In this document: one piece after another, positions 25,314 to 38,086 of the stretch | Position numbering within the stretch: the stretch's first letter is position 1 | Layout: each line of letters opens with the position of its first letter | Source: Eledone cirrhosa | Taxonomy: Eukaryota | Length of the DNA: 64,000 nucleotides | NCBI GenBank assembly: GCA_964016885.1 | Contig: OZ024741.1 | Location: forward strand, 116,374,001-116,438,000 | Direction of reading: 5' to 3' | Position numbers and translations under genes: made by a program | Notes under the pieces: model-generated | Database searches by the model: none | The model's input: only the letters and a program-made list of their open reading frames with translations | What the model was told of the DNA's origin: nothing

Positions 25314-26522
25314 TGTGATAAGTGTTCAGGATTGCTTTCTTGCCATCGTCAGTGAGGTTAAATGATGTATATGCATACATATATACATTTATTTACATAT
25401 ATATCTACTTATAAAGTGAATAGGAAGAATGATATAATCTAATAGTTGTGTCCCTTTACGTTTAGGGTTCGAATTCTAACTGAGAGCGATGTAACTTTTT
25501 ATTTTTCAAGGGTCGACAAAATAATTTCTGGGGTCCATACATTTAAGTTTATACTTCCCCCCAGAAAATGTTTGGCCTTGTGTAAATCTTACAAATCAAT
25601 TAACATATCTAATTGTTGTCCGGAATTTCGTATTTCAACTCGAAGTACAAGTACCCCAAATTAAAAGTAAACTACGTTAAAAAAAGTATTTATTTAAATA
25701 TGACTGAGATCTTCTTCCTCAACCCCCACTTAAAAATTTTTTTTCTTTTGTCAGCCTTGATGACAGTAAATTCAAACATGCACAGGACTTAATTTTCAGT
25801 TTTGTGTAAGAAGTTAAAAAAGGACAGCAGTCATCGTAAATTTATGCTGTCACAGTCAATTAATATTAAATTGAAAAAATATTTGCTGCAAAGTTCAGTT
25901 TTGACCTACTCACATCCGGACAGGGTTTTTTTTATGCCGGAAGTAAAATTAGAACAGCAGTCATGAATTTACCTGTTTTTTATTGGTTGATTTATGTTGT
26001 TACCGTTAGTCACTATCAAATAAAAGAAAAAACTTTCTGCTGAGTAGTTTTTTCAAACTCTTAACCATTTTTTTAACAATATTTTTCAACTTGAAATAAA
26101 GAATCAAATAGAATATAATAAATTTCTGTATTTCAGTAATAATAAAATGACGAAAGAAATAATTAAATAGTGAAATGAATATCATTTAATTTTTTCCCTC
26201 CCTCACTATCTTTCGGTTTCCCTCCTCTCTTTTAATATAATTCTCTTCTCTGCTTATTCAATTGCCTCTCCCTGTCTCTTTTGTTTAACCCTCTCTCTAT
26301 CACTTCCTCCCACTTTCTCCTATCTAAGTCTTCTTTACAACATGAAGTCAACATAGACTCTGACGTCACATATATGGCCACTCCACTCTTAGAGTCGTTT
26401 ACGTGAAACGGGCAATTTTTTTTCAGGCTGGAAACAAATCTTTTGGCCGCTTTTTTTTTCTTTTCTCTCTACCAACCTCACATGACCCTTTAAATTTGTC
26501 GATACCTAGATAATTTTTAATC
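25314..26522. promoter_or_regulatory. Probable bidirectional promoter and 5' UTRs shared by TRMT13 and RAD23
   Basis: Lies between divergent start codons 1.2 kb apart. Contains ETS-type CCGGAAGT (25937-25944), an inverted ACATCCGG (25912-25919) and a palindromic CRE TGACGTCA (26361-26368). Confidence 0.6.
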
Positions 26523-26588
26523 ATGTTGATCACACTGAGAACGTTACAACAACATATGTTTAAAGTAGAGATTGATGTAAATTCAACC
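26523..26588 (+). CDS. RAD23: RAD23 coding exon 1 (start of ubiquitin-like domain)
   Basis: ATG...ACC gives MLITLRTLQQHMFKVEIDVNST, followed by GTAAGT. Matches the RAD23 N-terminus (M.VTLKTLQQQTFKI.ID...T). Too short for the ORF track. Confidence 0.92.
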
Positions 26589-29500
26589 GTAAGTATGAAC
26601 CTAGTTATATATACGTATATAATATTTATACCTTCCCTCTCTTTATTCATACACACACACACACATATATCGTAATGCTATATATACACTTTAATCCTGT
26701 TTATTAAACGTACGTTTAATGTCCCAAGTGCATAGAAACATCGATACTCCTTGCATATATATATATAACCTGTAGTAACTATAAATATGATTTGATTTGG
26801 ATATAAAACTCGTATATACCATTATATTTACGCACATGTATGTGTATATACGCACACACAAATATATATGAGCGCTACATCTAATCTATATATCTACAGC
26901 TAGTATGGCTGCTAACACGCAATTGTCTTATCTCTCTATATATAATAAAGACCATGTGTATGTAACTAAAACGAGTACATAAAATTGCTTTGTTTGCTCC
27001 CTGAGTGTCTCTGATACCGAATTATATCATTTAAATGAATATTTTATCACTGACCCATATATATATATATATATTCTTATAATATTTAGAGAGAGATATA
27101 GATAAATATCTACTTTTGCAAGAACTAGGTCTCTACTAAATGACCTGTCTCTTCTCGATTACTACCGCTGTCCCAATGTAGAGGCCAAAACTCTAACGAA
27201 GTCAACTTCCTTAACCTGACTGACGTAGCTTCAACAAGCTTATTTTTTCAATTATTCCTCCCATGTCTTGTTATTGTAAAATGTCTACATACATATACGT
27301 GTTTATAAATATATATATTGCTTCGCCTCTTCATTTTCTAGATAGTTTTCTCTCAACACTGTGGACTCTTGTCTCTCAATCTAATATCTATCTCTATAGC
27401 TACTAATTTATATCCAAAGTTAAGTCGGTTGTCAGCCACCATTTTATTCATCAATTATCACATCATCGTCGTTGTCATCATTGCAACCAGCTCTGGTGGT
27501 TGAAGTGTAATGATTATTCCTCCTTAGTCTCTAGGTTGTGTACTTCCTTAATTCCGTACCACACCATATACCGCACTGACCAACAATAATCATATCACCG
27601 TCTGCATTTAGTAGACTCCATCTACTATCTATCTATCCCTCACTCTCTCTCTCTCCTCCGTCTCTTCCTCCATACAGTCACGAGTCTTCACTGCCGACAC
27701 CTGAGTTCTCCCTCCTCATCCCTGCACCTTCCGTTTATCACATCCCGGTACTTCTCTCTCTCCACACACACATATATATAGACTGTTAAAACGAAGCTTG
27801 CGTCTTGTTACTGAGTTTTCTTACGGGGATAAATGTGAAACGAGTATTTTTTCACATGGAGAGACAGTATATACATATAGGAATGGTATTGGTATTGAGT
27901 ACTCATTCTACCGTATATCACCCTCTATGGTATAATGAATGAGAGAAAGGGATGTGGAAGGAGGGGAGAAATCCGTCGTTTTCTTCCTATTTAACCTCTT
28001 AACTTTTACTTACCGAAACTCATTATAATCAATATCTGTCGTTAGCTGTTTGCCATCGCAGTATCTTTTAATTTTTTACCCTCTACTTATATATACCTGG
28101 TCTCTCAGCATCTTGTCTCCTCCTTCCCATAGACACTTTTGTCTCATCATTTGAACGCTTAACCTCTTTCATTAAATACATCATAATTCATCAACGCATT
28201 CTTTCATCTCTAGAGTCAAGATTATACGAGAATCGACGAAACGCCTGCAGTATTCAGTTAGGCCAATATAAGTTCTGTGTTCAAATCATGCCGAGGTTAA
28301 CTTTGTATTTCATCCTTTCAACGTCGATGAAATAAAGTACCAGTCAGTTAACTGTGTTATGTTTAATGTTCAGAAAGAAAACATCCTACACGTGAAAGAA
28401 ATTAAACCCAGTAAATCTTTCCTCCCGTATCTATAATGATCAATTCATATTTGGATTTAAAATAATTTTGAAAATGATAAAGAAATTGGGAAGATTTAGT
28501 AATATAACCAAAATTCTAGTTATTTATCTGGTGTTTGGAACACAGTTTAACATAGCTTCTTATATAAAACTGCTTCTAGATAAATATACAATTTTATATC
28601 ATAGAACTGGGAGCAGTTTCAGGAGACTTGAATAACTATCACCTAACGAAATCTACTCTTAAGTATTTCTGATTAACAGCTCATTTAATACAAGAACAAC
28701 AGAAATCAATCAGTCGATCGATAATATCAATATAAAACCAGATTATCTTGCTGTGTTAAATGAGAATGGTTTGCTGGCGGTTTTTCCCCAATTCCTACTA
28801 TTGTATTTATTACAAGCAAGCTTGTCCCTTTATTCCACCCTAACTATATACCCTTCAGCCTACCCTCTACAGTTTTACCTTTCACCACCCTTTCATACTG
28901 CCATCTCTTTTTTCACGTCTGCCCTATAGCTTCACTATATATCAGGTCTACAGCCCTCTCCATCTATTATATATAGAAAGAGAGAGAAAGATGTAGTGTA
29001 CGTGTGTGTATGTAAAAGGCAAACAGAAATAATAAAGCAAACAATCACACACACATAAATATATGTCTTAGACTCCTTTGTTTTTCTTGTCTTCATTATC
29101 AGTTTCACCCTTATTCTACCACATCCTCTTACTCCCACAACTTTCAAACTGGAACGCTCACAGTTTTTCTTTTCTTTTTTTTAATTCGAGTTTTCTTTTT
29201 CTTTTTTTCTTTAAACACTGAATTTCAGAGTTCCGTTCTCGGTCGTCTCCTGCAGAAGTTGTATGGTGTGTATGAGAGAGATAAATGACAATATAAAAAT
29301 AACTAAAATCCCTCTCAATCACACATACATACTCATATATACAGGATGCAGCTTTGGAAAGGAATATACTTTTCTTACTGTGGAGAGCAGAATCTACATA
29401 ACATTTTAAGGGCTAGTTTCTCTGCTAAAGCAGGGGTTAGTTAGTTAACATTGTTAGTCCCATCGAAAGTTAAATATTCACCATAGGATCCTTTTTTGGC

Positions 29501-32500
29501 ATGATGTACATAAGTTCAAATAAAAATTAATTTTCCAAAAAAGACAACTCCCATGCTTGTTTAACACAAGGGAAGGACTCCGACCCTCCTTTTACTGGTG
29601 ATAATTTTGTAGGGTGGGTTGATTGAAAAGCTCAAGTAAATGTCTGATATATATGAGGGTAGAAACATGCAGCAGTGGATTAGCTGCTCTTAATGCAACC
29701 ATCTCTTGTGTGTGTGTGTGTGTGTGTCTCTCTTCACGACCTGGTCTATATTTCATGTCTTAGATTAATAATAGAAGTCATAGAATGGTTATGTATGGGT
29801 GACACCACATCGTTCATACACTGCTCAAAAAAATAAATAAAAAATGAATGGCATAAATTTAATGGGAACCCGCTGGCGGTTTTTGTTCATCCTTAATACA
29901 GATCTGATTTGTCTTTTCTATATAGTAATCTACCTCCATTATAGATCACAACAGTTGACAGATTTTGGTAGGTGTAACGAAGATTAATTTTTCGTTGATT
30001 AAGATAAAATTCCTGTGACAAAGTATATATTCTTGTGATTTGTGAAAAATTCTTTCACCAAGTCCACTCCACCTTACCCAATCTCTCTCTCTCTCTATCT
30101 ATCTATATATATATGAGAAAACCCATCGCTAGAACAGCTGTTCTAGCGATGGGTTTACTCATTTTTATATGTATTCAAATATACTCTCTTCGTCTCGATC
30201 GGAGATAAGTTTTATATATATATATATATACGCACACACACACACACACACACTTCAAAGGCATTTTAATAAATATTGCCTGTACAGGTGATCAAAGTGT
30301 GTATACATTTTTTTGGACACCCTGTATATATATATATATATATATATATAAAACTTAGATTTTCATCCGCTACAACATAAGTGTGATGGAATGAAATACC
30401 TTTTTATAGATCTCTATTGCTAACACACATACACACACAGCATGGCCGGCTTCTTTCTTCCTAAGATTACAGACAGACTGGGTGTATACTAGTGTTGTAT
30501 AGATAATCACGTGTCTAAATTCCATTATTACTTCATTAATCGATATAAGGTGACATTACGGACTTCTATTAAAAAAACAATGTCCCCTCATTTGCTATCT
30601 AATTTGTGCGTAGTTGTGCAAAGTCATTCCTCGATAATGGCTGTCTTGCTTTTTGTTGTTTATATATATGCACACACACACACACATATATTTATACACA
30701 CATACACACTTGACGATTTGGAGTGTTGTGTGAGGCTGCTTGGATGAACAGATGAAAGAAGGGTAGGGGGTGAGACATCCATGTTCCAAGAGAAAGCGTT
30801 CAGATGAATTATACACCCCAAGAGTTATTTTCTATCCTAATTTAGCTAACCCTAACTCTATTTTATCCTTGCTCGATATATACTCCTACATACACTATAT
30901 ATATATTTATATAAATGACTTCTACAGGACTAAAATTCTAGTCCTGTAGAAGTCATTTCTATATAAAATAGAGATGCTTATACTCTTACAACGTATTGAG
31001 TATCTTTTTTTAAACTTCCTGATACCCATCGAGAATCCACCCATAATTTATATATATAGCTTAATTTCGATGTCTGGGATGGGAGTAAGTAAATAAATGG
31101 TAGTGTGTTTTTTTCCGGTTTGTCGAAACTCTGAAGTACTGTATTTTTGTATTATAATATATATATGTATATACACACACGCATGGAACTATCGAGAAAT
31201 GAAACGAAATTAGAACCTAGTTAACTTTCCCTGTTTTTAAATTTACAAGTCCTCATGTGTGTGTTTGTATATTTGTATTTGTGTATTCTTAGTTTTCAGT
31301 TATTAGTTCGTAGCCATATATATATATAGATGTGTGTGTATATCCCGGGTTCAATCGGGGGTATCCACAATAAGGTACTCAATATATTGAGTATAAATAT
31401 TTAATATAGAAATGACTTTCCTGATGATTTCCTTCGAATGAAACAGTTCTAGTCCTGTAGAAGCTATTTCTATATTATATATATATTTATGTGTGTGTGT
31501 GTGTGATTGATTGATATTTCGATTTTTATTTCATCGTTTCTATCACTCCAGTCAGGAGTAAAATATTTATTGCGTCTCTAACTATAACCTGTCCCTGCAT
31601 CCCCACTTTTTCTCTGTGAGATATATATAGGTATAGTTTATATTTTTAAAAATAAAACTCACACAGCATAGTCAAACTTCCCCCGCCTTCTCCGATCTAT
31701 GAGATTGTCTGTCCCTTCCAATTTTCCTATTGAAATATTATTTAAAAAATAATAAACAAACCCACCAACATGTTCTCAGCTTTTCTTCGAATTTACGACC
31801 ATTCGACCTCAAATTGGGTCATCAAACCGCAAATATATCTTTACATTTTGCTAACCTACACATTTTATTTTACTACCTTATGCTAAATTTGAAAAAATAA
31901 TGAAACTAGGAAAAAAATTTTTATTTTTCTATTTTTATTTGTAAAAAAATTAATATACTTGAAATGATAGGTTTTGATAAACGTTGCTGACTTCATTTAA
32001 ATCTAGTTATGTTATACCTAGAAAAAAATCCCTGGCCTTCGTATATAATAAAGTACCTGTAAAAAATACGATGATTTAGAAATAAATACGTCTTCGATTA
32101 TTATATAATACCTCTTTAAATTTTCTGATTAGATGAAATAATCGTTGTTTCTCAAACTGGACAATGGTGAAATAGTAAATAAAAACGACTTTGATATTTA
32201 TTATTGCTGTAATAATATTGTATATATATATATATATATATATATTAATGGAAGTTTCGCCAAATATTTCAATAATAATAATTTTCTCAATCAATGTCTC
32301 CGACTTACGTCATATACTGTAAATTCTTAATTATCATTTTCATAGGCAAAAATTCAAGACACTGAATAAGGTCCTCAGAATTCGCCTCTTTTCTTATTAC
32401 ATAATGTAATGCAATATACACATATATCTGTTATTTCTTTGTTGTACATAAACAGGTTCAAAAGGTGTTCAATACAGCCGTGTGATGGATGTGTAGAAAC

Positions 32501-32617
32501 GTATGATATAACTGCAGTTATATTTTGTGTGAATTTCTTTTTCCTGTTCGTTGATTTTACACGAAAATGTTTTCTTCGTGTGAATCCTTTGTGGTTAATT
32601 AAGAAATCATTATTATA

Positions 32618-33056
32618 GCCCTGCTACCTTCTTTTGGTCGGGAAGGGCAAGCAGTCTTTATCTGCGTGGTGGCTATGGCGAAAGAGATTGTGGAATGGTC
32701 AAGATTGAAAGGGCTGACTCAGGACAGACACTTTCTTCTCTGGGCAGACTTTTTTTGGTCATTGACTTCTAGTTTTGCTGAGTGGCGAGAATGCTCCGAG
32801 TAAAGGAGCCTGCTGTGAGTATGCGCCTATAGGTTAGAGGATGACACAACTTGCTTTAGTGGTCAGCGACCGTGTCTTTTTGTGGATATTTTACACTAGT
32901 AGCCTTTGGATATCCCATTTCTTATTTGGGAATTTATCTTTATTTTGAATTTTTATTTCTCGTTTTTTTTTTTTGACACTTTTCCTGTCAATCCTCGCTG
33001 TATCGTTTTGCACTCGCCCTAAATCTTTTTGTAAATCTTTGTGGTTAATAAAGAAA
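32618..33056 (+). mobile_element. Possible 3' end of an L1/Tx1-like LINE
   Basis: GC-richer segment translating REGQAVFICVVAMAKEIVEWSRLKGL, then a T-rich UTR and AATAAA. Family assignment is from recollection of ORF2 C-termini. Confidence 0.4.
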
Positions 33057-33279
33057 TAATTTTAATGTAATGTATATATACATATATATGGTATTTCTTT
33101 GCTGTACTAAACATGTTTAAAACGTGTTCAATACAGCCTTGTGGGTGTGTATTGTAGTCTGTTTAGGTTATGTAAGATAAACAAGGATAACAACACGAAC
33201 CACGGTTTCGTTCAATCAGGTCATCAGTCGACGAATACATGTAATATCTGTTTACCTAACACAAATAAACGTGCATTTT

Positions 33280-33298
33280 GTGTGTGTGTGTGTGTGTG

Positions 33299-33338
<40 letters not shown>

Positions 33339-33553
33339 CATCTTAATCGATTTTACGTTCGTTTTTCCATTCTTGGATGGGTTAGGCGGGTCCTTTTCAG
33401 CACAGCATCTCTCCACTCACCGTGTTCCTTCGCCATTTCCTCTGTCTCTTAGCGATTTGGGATCAGCGCTCACCACTTCTGCCAGTCTTCCTTGGTCTAC
33501 CTCTACTGCAGCATCCTACCTCAGATTTCTTGGCACTTCTTCACCCTGCGCAT

Positions 33554-33627
<74 letters not shown>

Positions 33628-33630
33628 CAT
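33280..33630. repeat. Compound (TG)n(TA)n and (CA)n(TA)n(TG)n microsatellites
   Basis: Directly visible at 33280-33336 and 33555-33627; representative of many such tracts between 17.8 and 37 kb. Confidence 0.95.
33345..33552 (-). mobile_element. RTE LINE 3' fragment (short-UTR type)
   Basis: Aligns by eye with 10815-11000 (ttggtctacctctactgc, gtcagc/gatcagc, cagcatctctccac, tgggtt.g.cg.gtc). Confidence 0.65.
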
Positions 33631-33887
33631 ATCATCATCATCACTGTTTAAAGTCCCATTTGAGACAAGTCAGTCAAGTGACGTCTTGATCATAAAGAAC
33701 TATTTCTGGCTTGGTTTCTATGGCTGGATGCCCTTCCTAACGCCAACCACATTCAGTGTGGACGGTGCTTTTTATCGTGACACTAGTGTGTGTGTATATA
33801 TATATACACCTACCTGTTATTTTTATTTAAAGACATATTTTCCAATTCCAACCCGCCCGTCCCCTCAATCTCTTATTTCTCATTCTT

Positions 33888-33923
33888 TCTTCTGATGAAA
33901 GATTAGCGTCCGAAACGTTAAGA
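33888..33923 (+). ncRNA. Minimal type-I hammerhead ribozyme motif (Penelope-like element terminal repeat type)
   Basis: TCTT-CTGATGA-aagattagcgtcc-GAAACGTT-AAGA: conserved core boxes, helix I TCTT/AAGA, weak helix II GAT/GTC and palindromic AACGTT helix III. Confidence 0.55.
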
Positions 33924-35280
33924 CCCTCTTCCTGCTATATCAAGTGTTAACCTAATATATCCCTTCCATATACTGTACCGATTGTGTTGTTATTTCTGTT
34001 TACCATTTACTTACATATATACACGCACACGCACACACACACACACGTATGTGTTGGGACATCCCATAAATGTTTTTTTTTATACTTTTATTTAAAAAAA
34101 TTAAGATAAACTGCACTTTTCAAAGCTTGCACTAAGAATGAGTACATGATGAATTTAATACCATTTTGGAGATTTGATGGTCAATGGATGTCTTAGGCGT
34201 TAGTATTATTGTATTAGTGATTAAATGAATATTTTAATTCTTTGTCATTGGTCAAGGCAGGACACTGCACACATATTTATACTTATGGATCTGTGTGTGT
34301 ATCTTATTTATATATATATATTTGTGATTTTTTTAAAAAATCATTTTAATGTACTTTGTTTTATTTATGGAGGACATGGTTCTTTCTAGATATAAATGGC
34401 CTAACTAAATTTGAATAAAGTCAGTAAGGCTTCATCTGGTCATTGGATCCTCTTTGGTGCAATGTCTAACATGACCTTTCTAGTTACTTTTTCGGACATG
34501 CAGGGATACAGTGTGCCTATTCTAATCTGGATACAATGTTTTATTGCTGGAAGCCATTTTTGGTGTCAACATTTTTAGTCTCTTATGATATGCAGGCATA
34601 TGGTCTACCAATTCTAAACCTGATGCATAGAAATTCTGTATTCAGCATATTTTAAAATATGTCATTTTGAAGATAGTCATCATCTGTAACGCTGTTATTT
34701 GATATTTACCTAAAGTTTGCTTCTCGGTCATGTGGTTTGGGGTTCAGTCCAATTGTATCGCACCTTGGGCAAGGCAAGTGTTTTTCACTATAGCTTCAGG
34801 CTAGCCAATGCTTTGATAGTGGATTTAGTAGACAAAAACAGTGTGGAAGCTGATTGTTTGTATGCGTTTGCTTCAATTGGTAATATTCTCTCAGATAGAT
34901 TGGAATGGCTCATTTTTTATATTAGGTATTAGTTCTAAATTCAAGTGTATATATTAATTTCCCTGTTTTATTAACTTTGCTGCACACCTAGACCATAAGA
35001 CCTTTATGCATTGCCTTCGTTAACTCTTTTCTTACTAAACAGCTCCTAGTTTTAAGATACAAAATTGATTTGAAAGTGTTTTTATTTATCTTTCAAACAC
35101 AAGTTTAATGAGAAAGTTACTAAATCCTTCCAAATTCTTTATTCAGGCAGTGTATTTCTAATGAAATACACTGCCTGAAATTATTAACATGTTATTCCAT
35201 TATGATAACCAAAAGATTTTTCATGTGGGTATGGTTATATGTTCTTCTAAGTAATAAAAACAGTAATATACTTTACTTAA

Positions 35281-35488
35281 CCCTTTAGCATTCACATTAC
35301 TCTGCATATACTATTATATTTTCACGGTAAAGGCTTTACCTCGCATAATTAGCTCACATAATATCGAATGTGAGATTTTGAAAGTATTTATTTTGAGAAC
35401 AATACCTTAACATCAGTTTGAGTGACCAGTTACAGCCAGTTTCAACAGAAAAAGGTAGAGAATTCTGGCCGGTTTGAACATTAAAGGG
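35281..35488. mobile_element. piggyBac-like MITE, family A (second copy)
   Basis: TTAA|CCCTTTAGCATTCA...TTAAAGGG|TTAA; internal sequence is colinear with 280-495. Confidence 0.85.
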
Positions 35489-35922
35489 TTAACCATAAAA
35501 CAATGTAGCAAAATTTCAGTTTATAAGCTGAGGGTCACTCATTATTTTTTTGTGGGTTTTTAAAAATATTTTTATTCAAGGTATTAAGACATTATAATCT
35601 CCAATTTGAAACAGAAACAGGCACATTGTAAGGCTTGCGTTATGTATCTGTTTCTTGTGGTTAAAGTGATGGTTTCATAATCATAAAGTCATAAATTCAA
35701 TACCATGTCAGCAGTGCATTCCTGCCTTGAGTTCTGTTTCTAACCAGCCTGCTGTAAGTTGATAAGCACTTGATCTGCACATTTAATCTATATATGCGAG
35801 GTTATTTCATATGCATTACTCATATTACTTGATTAAGTAACTAATACTTTACTAGATAACTCTGTGGAAATTCTTCACTTTAATTTAAAACAACTATATT
35901 TCAAATGTTTTCTTTATCATAA

Positions 35923-36965
35923 TCTATAAAGCTCAGTGTGTGGTCATGCTCCTTACTTATAGAAATCTACGATATAGAATTTCTTCAATTGAAATTTACA
36001 ATTCAGTATTCGAAATAGCTTCGATTGCGTTTTGGCACATCTAATTTTTTCAATTTCACCCACAATTACACAAAAAATAGATAAAACTCAATATTTTACG
36101 ATTTTTCTCTGTCATTTAAACTGCTAAACTCTTTCCCCTACCATTCAAAATCTATACAACTTCATACTTTCTGCTACTTTCTCTTTCCAAGCTTGATGGT
36201 GATACTGTCCGTTTTACTCTCTCATATCATCTTAGAAACAATTATTACATTTCATACGAAACGACAATTATTCAAAAGCAAGAGATACATTTATTCAACA
36301 AGCGATAAATCTTTTTTAAAACCTCTTTTCCAAACGCATACAAACACACACACTCACTTCAACAACAACAATCTGCCTTTTATAGATAATGATAAACAAT
36401 AATATCCTCTATGAGGTCACTAAACCTGCTAGAAACAGCAGCTAACTCTCCCCCATACCACACCCCTCCCTACTGTCTTAAATTTAGAAAACATATCTTC
36501 TATGAGGTCACTAAGCCTGCTAGAAACAGCAGCTAACTCTCCCCCATATCACACCGCTCCCTACTGTCTTAAATTTAGAAAACACATATCCTCTATGAGG
36601 TCACTAAACCTGCTAGAAACAACAGCTAACTCTCCCTCATATCACAACCCTCCCTACTGTCTTAAATTTAGAAAACACACAGACAACCATGCAGAACAAC
36701 TCCATCGCAGCTCTGTTGTTCGGCTGGCATCGTCTACGCGTGTGTTGCGCAAGTACTGTGAAACAATAAAGTTCAACACTTTTTTGCACAGAGATAATAT
36801 CCATAGGCGAAACTACAATTGTCACTGCTGGCGCAGCTCCTGCTTCCAGGTCTGCAATTCATTCACCCAGTGCCTGGCAGACAAAAAAGTGCTGCCATAA
36901 AATGGGTGGTGCAACCTAACTTTGTTAACTTAATGACCCCGAGCAATGCCGGGCTTTAATGCTAG
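35923..36965 (+). mobile_element. Probable non-autonomous Helitron
   Basis: 3' GC-rich hairpin CCCGAGCAATGCCGGG (36938-36953), followed 8 nt later by CTAG|T. Candidate 5' end A|TCTATAAAGC; the 5' boundary is uncertain. Confidence 0.55.
36402..36678 (+). repeat. Three tandem copies of a ~92-bp unit
   Basis: atatcctctatgaggtcactaaacctgctagaaacagcagctaactctccc...ctactgtcttaaatttagaaaac starts at ~36402, 36493 and 36586 with few differences. Confidence 0.95.
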
Positions 36966-38086
36966 TAAGTTATATACACACACAATACAATCTTCTAGAT
37001 ATGCATGTGCATACTTATACCTATATATATATATATATGTATAAGGTAAAGACCTTCACTCACAAATGATCCTGGGCAAAGTGTTTTTGTGGAAGATCAA
37101 CAGTTGCCCCTGCATTCCAGTCTTCCCCGCTCCACACCACTGATGCTGTCAACAAGAAAGGCAGAGGCTGAGACAGCTTGGCACCAGTGGCTTTGCAACT
37201 TATTTCTACAGCTGAGTGTACTGGAGCAATGTGAGATGAAGTATCTTGCTGAAGGACACAATGCATCGTCCAGTCTGAAAATTGAACTCACAACCTCAGG
37301 TTGTAAATCCAATTATCTAACCACTAAGCCACATGCCTTCACAATATATATAATATAATATATAATCATCGCTGCTTTTTTTTGGGAGGGGGGGGGGTCA
37401 TCTTGCATACACACACTCACATAACACATAATGTCTATTCGTATATACATATACTTAGTTTTCCTTGTGCTTTGCAGGCAATTTTTTTTTGTTATATTAA
37501 TGGTTATTCAATCCTTATATTGTAAAAACCTATGAATAATGAATGTTTTGTTGTCTCCTTCTCTTTGGTCTATTTTCACTATACAATCATCTATATTGTC
37601 TAAACTCCTCATTCTTTTAATTCGAATTTGTTTTTGTTGCTCTGCAGCAATTTCTTTTTGTCTGTGAGTTCTCGGATCTTAATGAATACCTAATCTATTT
37701 GGTTAATTCATAAGTGGTAATGTTGTTTTTTCTTTTTTAATGGCTGTGTGGTTAAGGAGTTCACTTCACAACTGCATGGTTTCAGGTTCAGTCTCATTCC
37801 ATAACACTTTGGTCAAATGTCTTCTAAAAGCTCACACACACACACAAAGCATTGGTCAACCAATGCTTTGTGTGTGTGTGAAATTTTGTAGATAGACTGT
37901 GTGGATGCTCATTGTACATGTGTGTGTGTACATGTCTGTAGTTAGTTTATGTCCCCATACCATAGCAGTTTGACAAAAGAAATTGATAATATAAGTACCA
38001 AAAAATATGATTGATCCCCAGCATGGCCAAAGTCTAATGACTAAAACAAGTAATAAAAAAATATATAAACAGCATTCATCCTTTAA

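Noticed and set aside
33141-33895. Overlapping 100-157 aa ORFs
   Set aside because: Translations of (TG)n/(TA)n/(CA)n microsatellites and retroposon fragments.
36502-36900. 132-aa ORF with an internal repeat
   Set aside because: A by-product of the tandem repeat; no domain, no splice support, and unit lengths differ.
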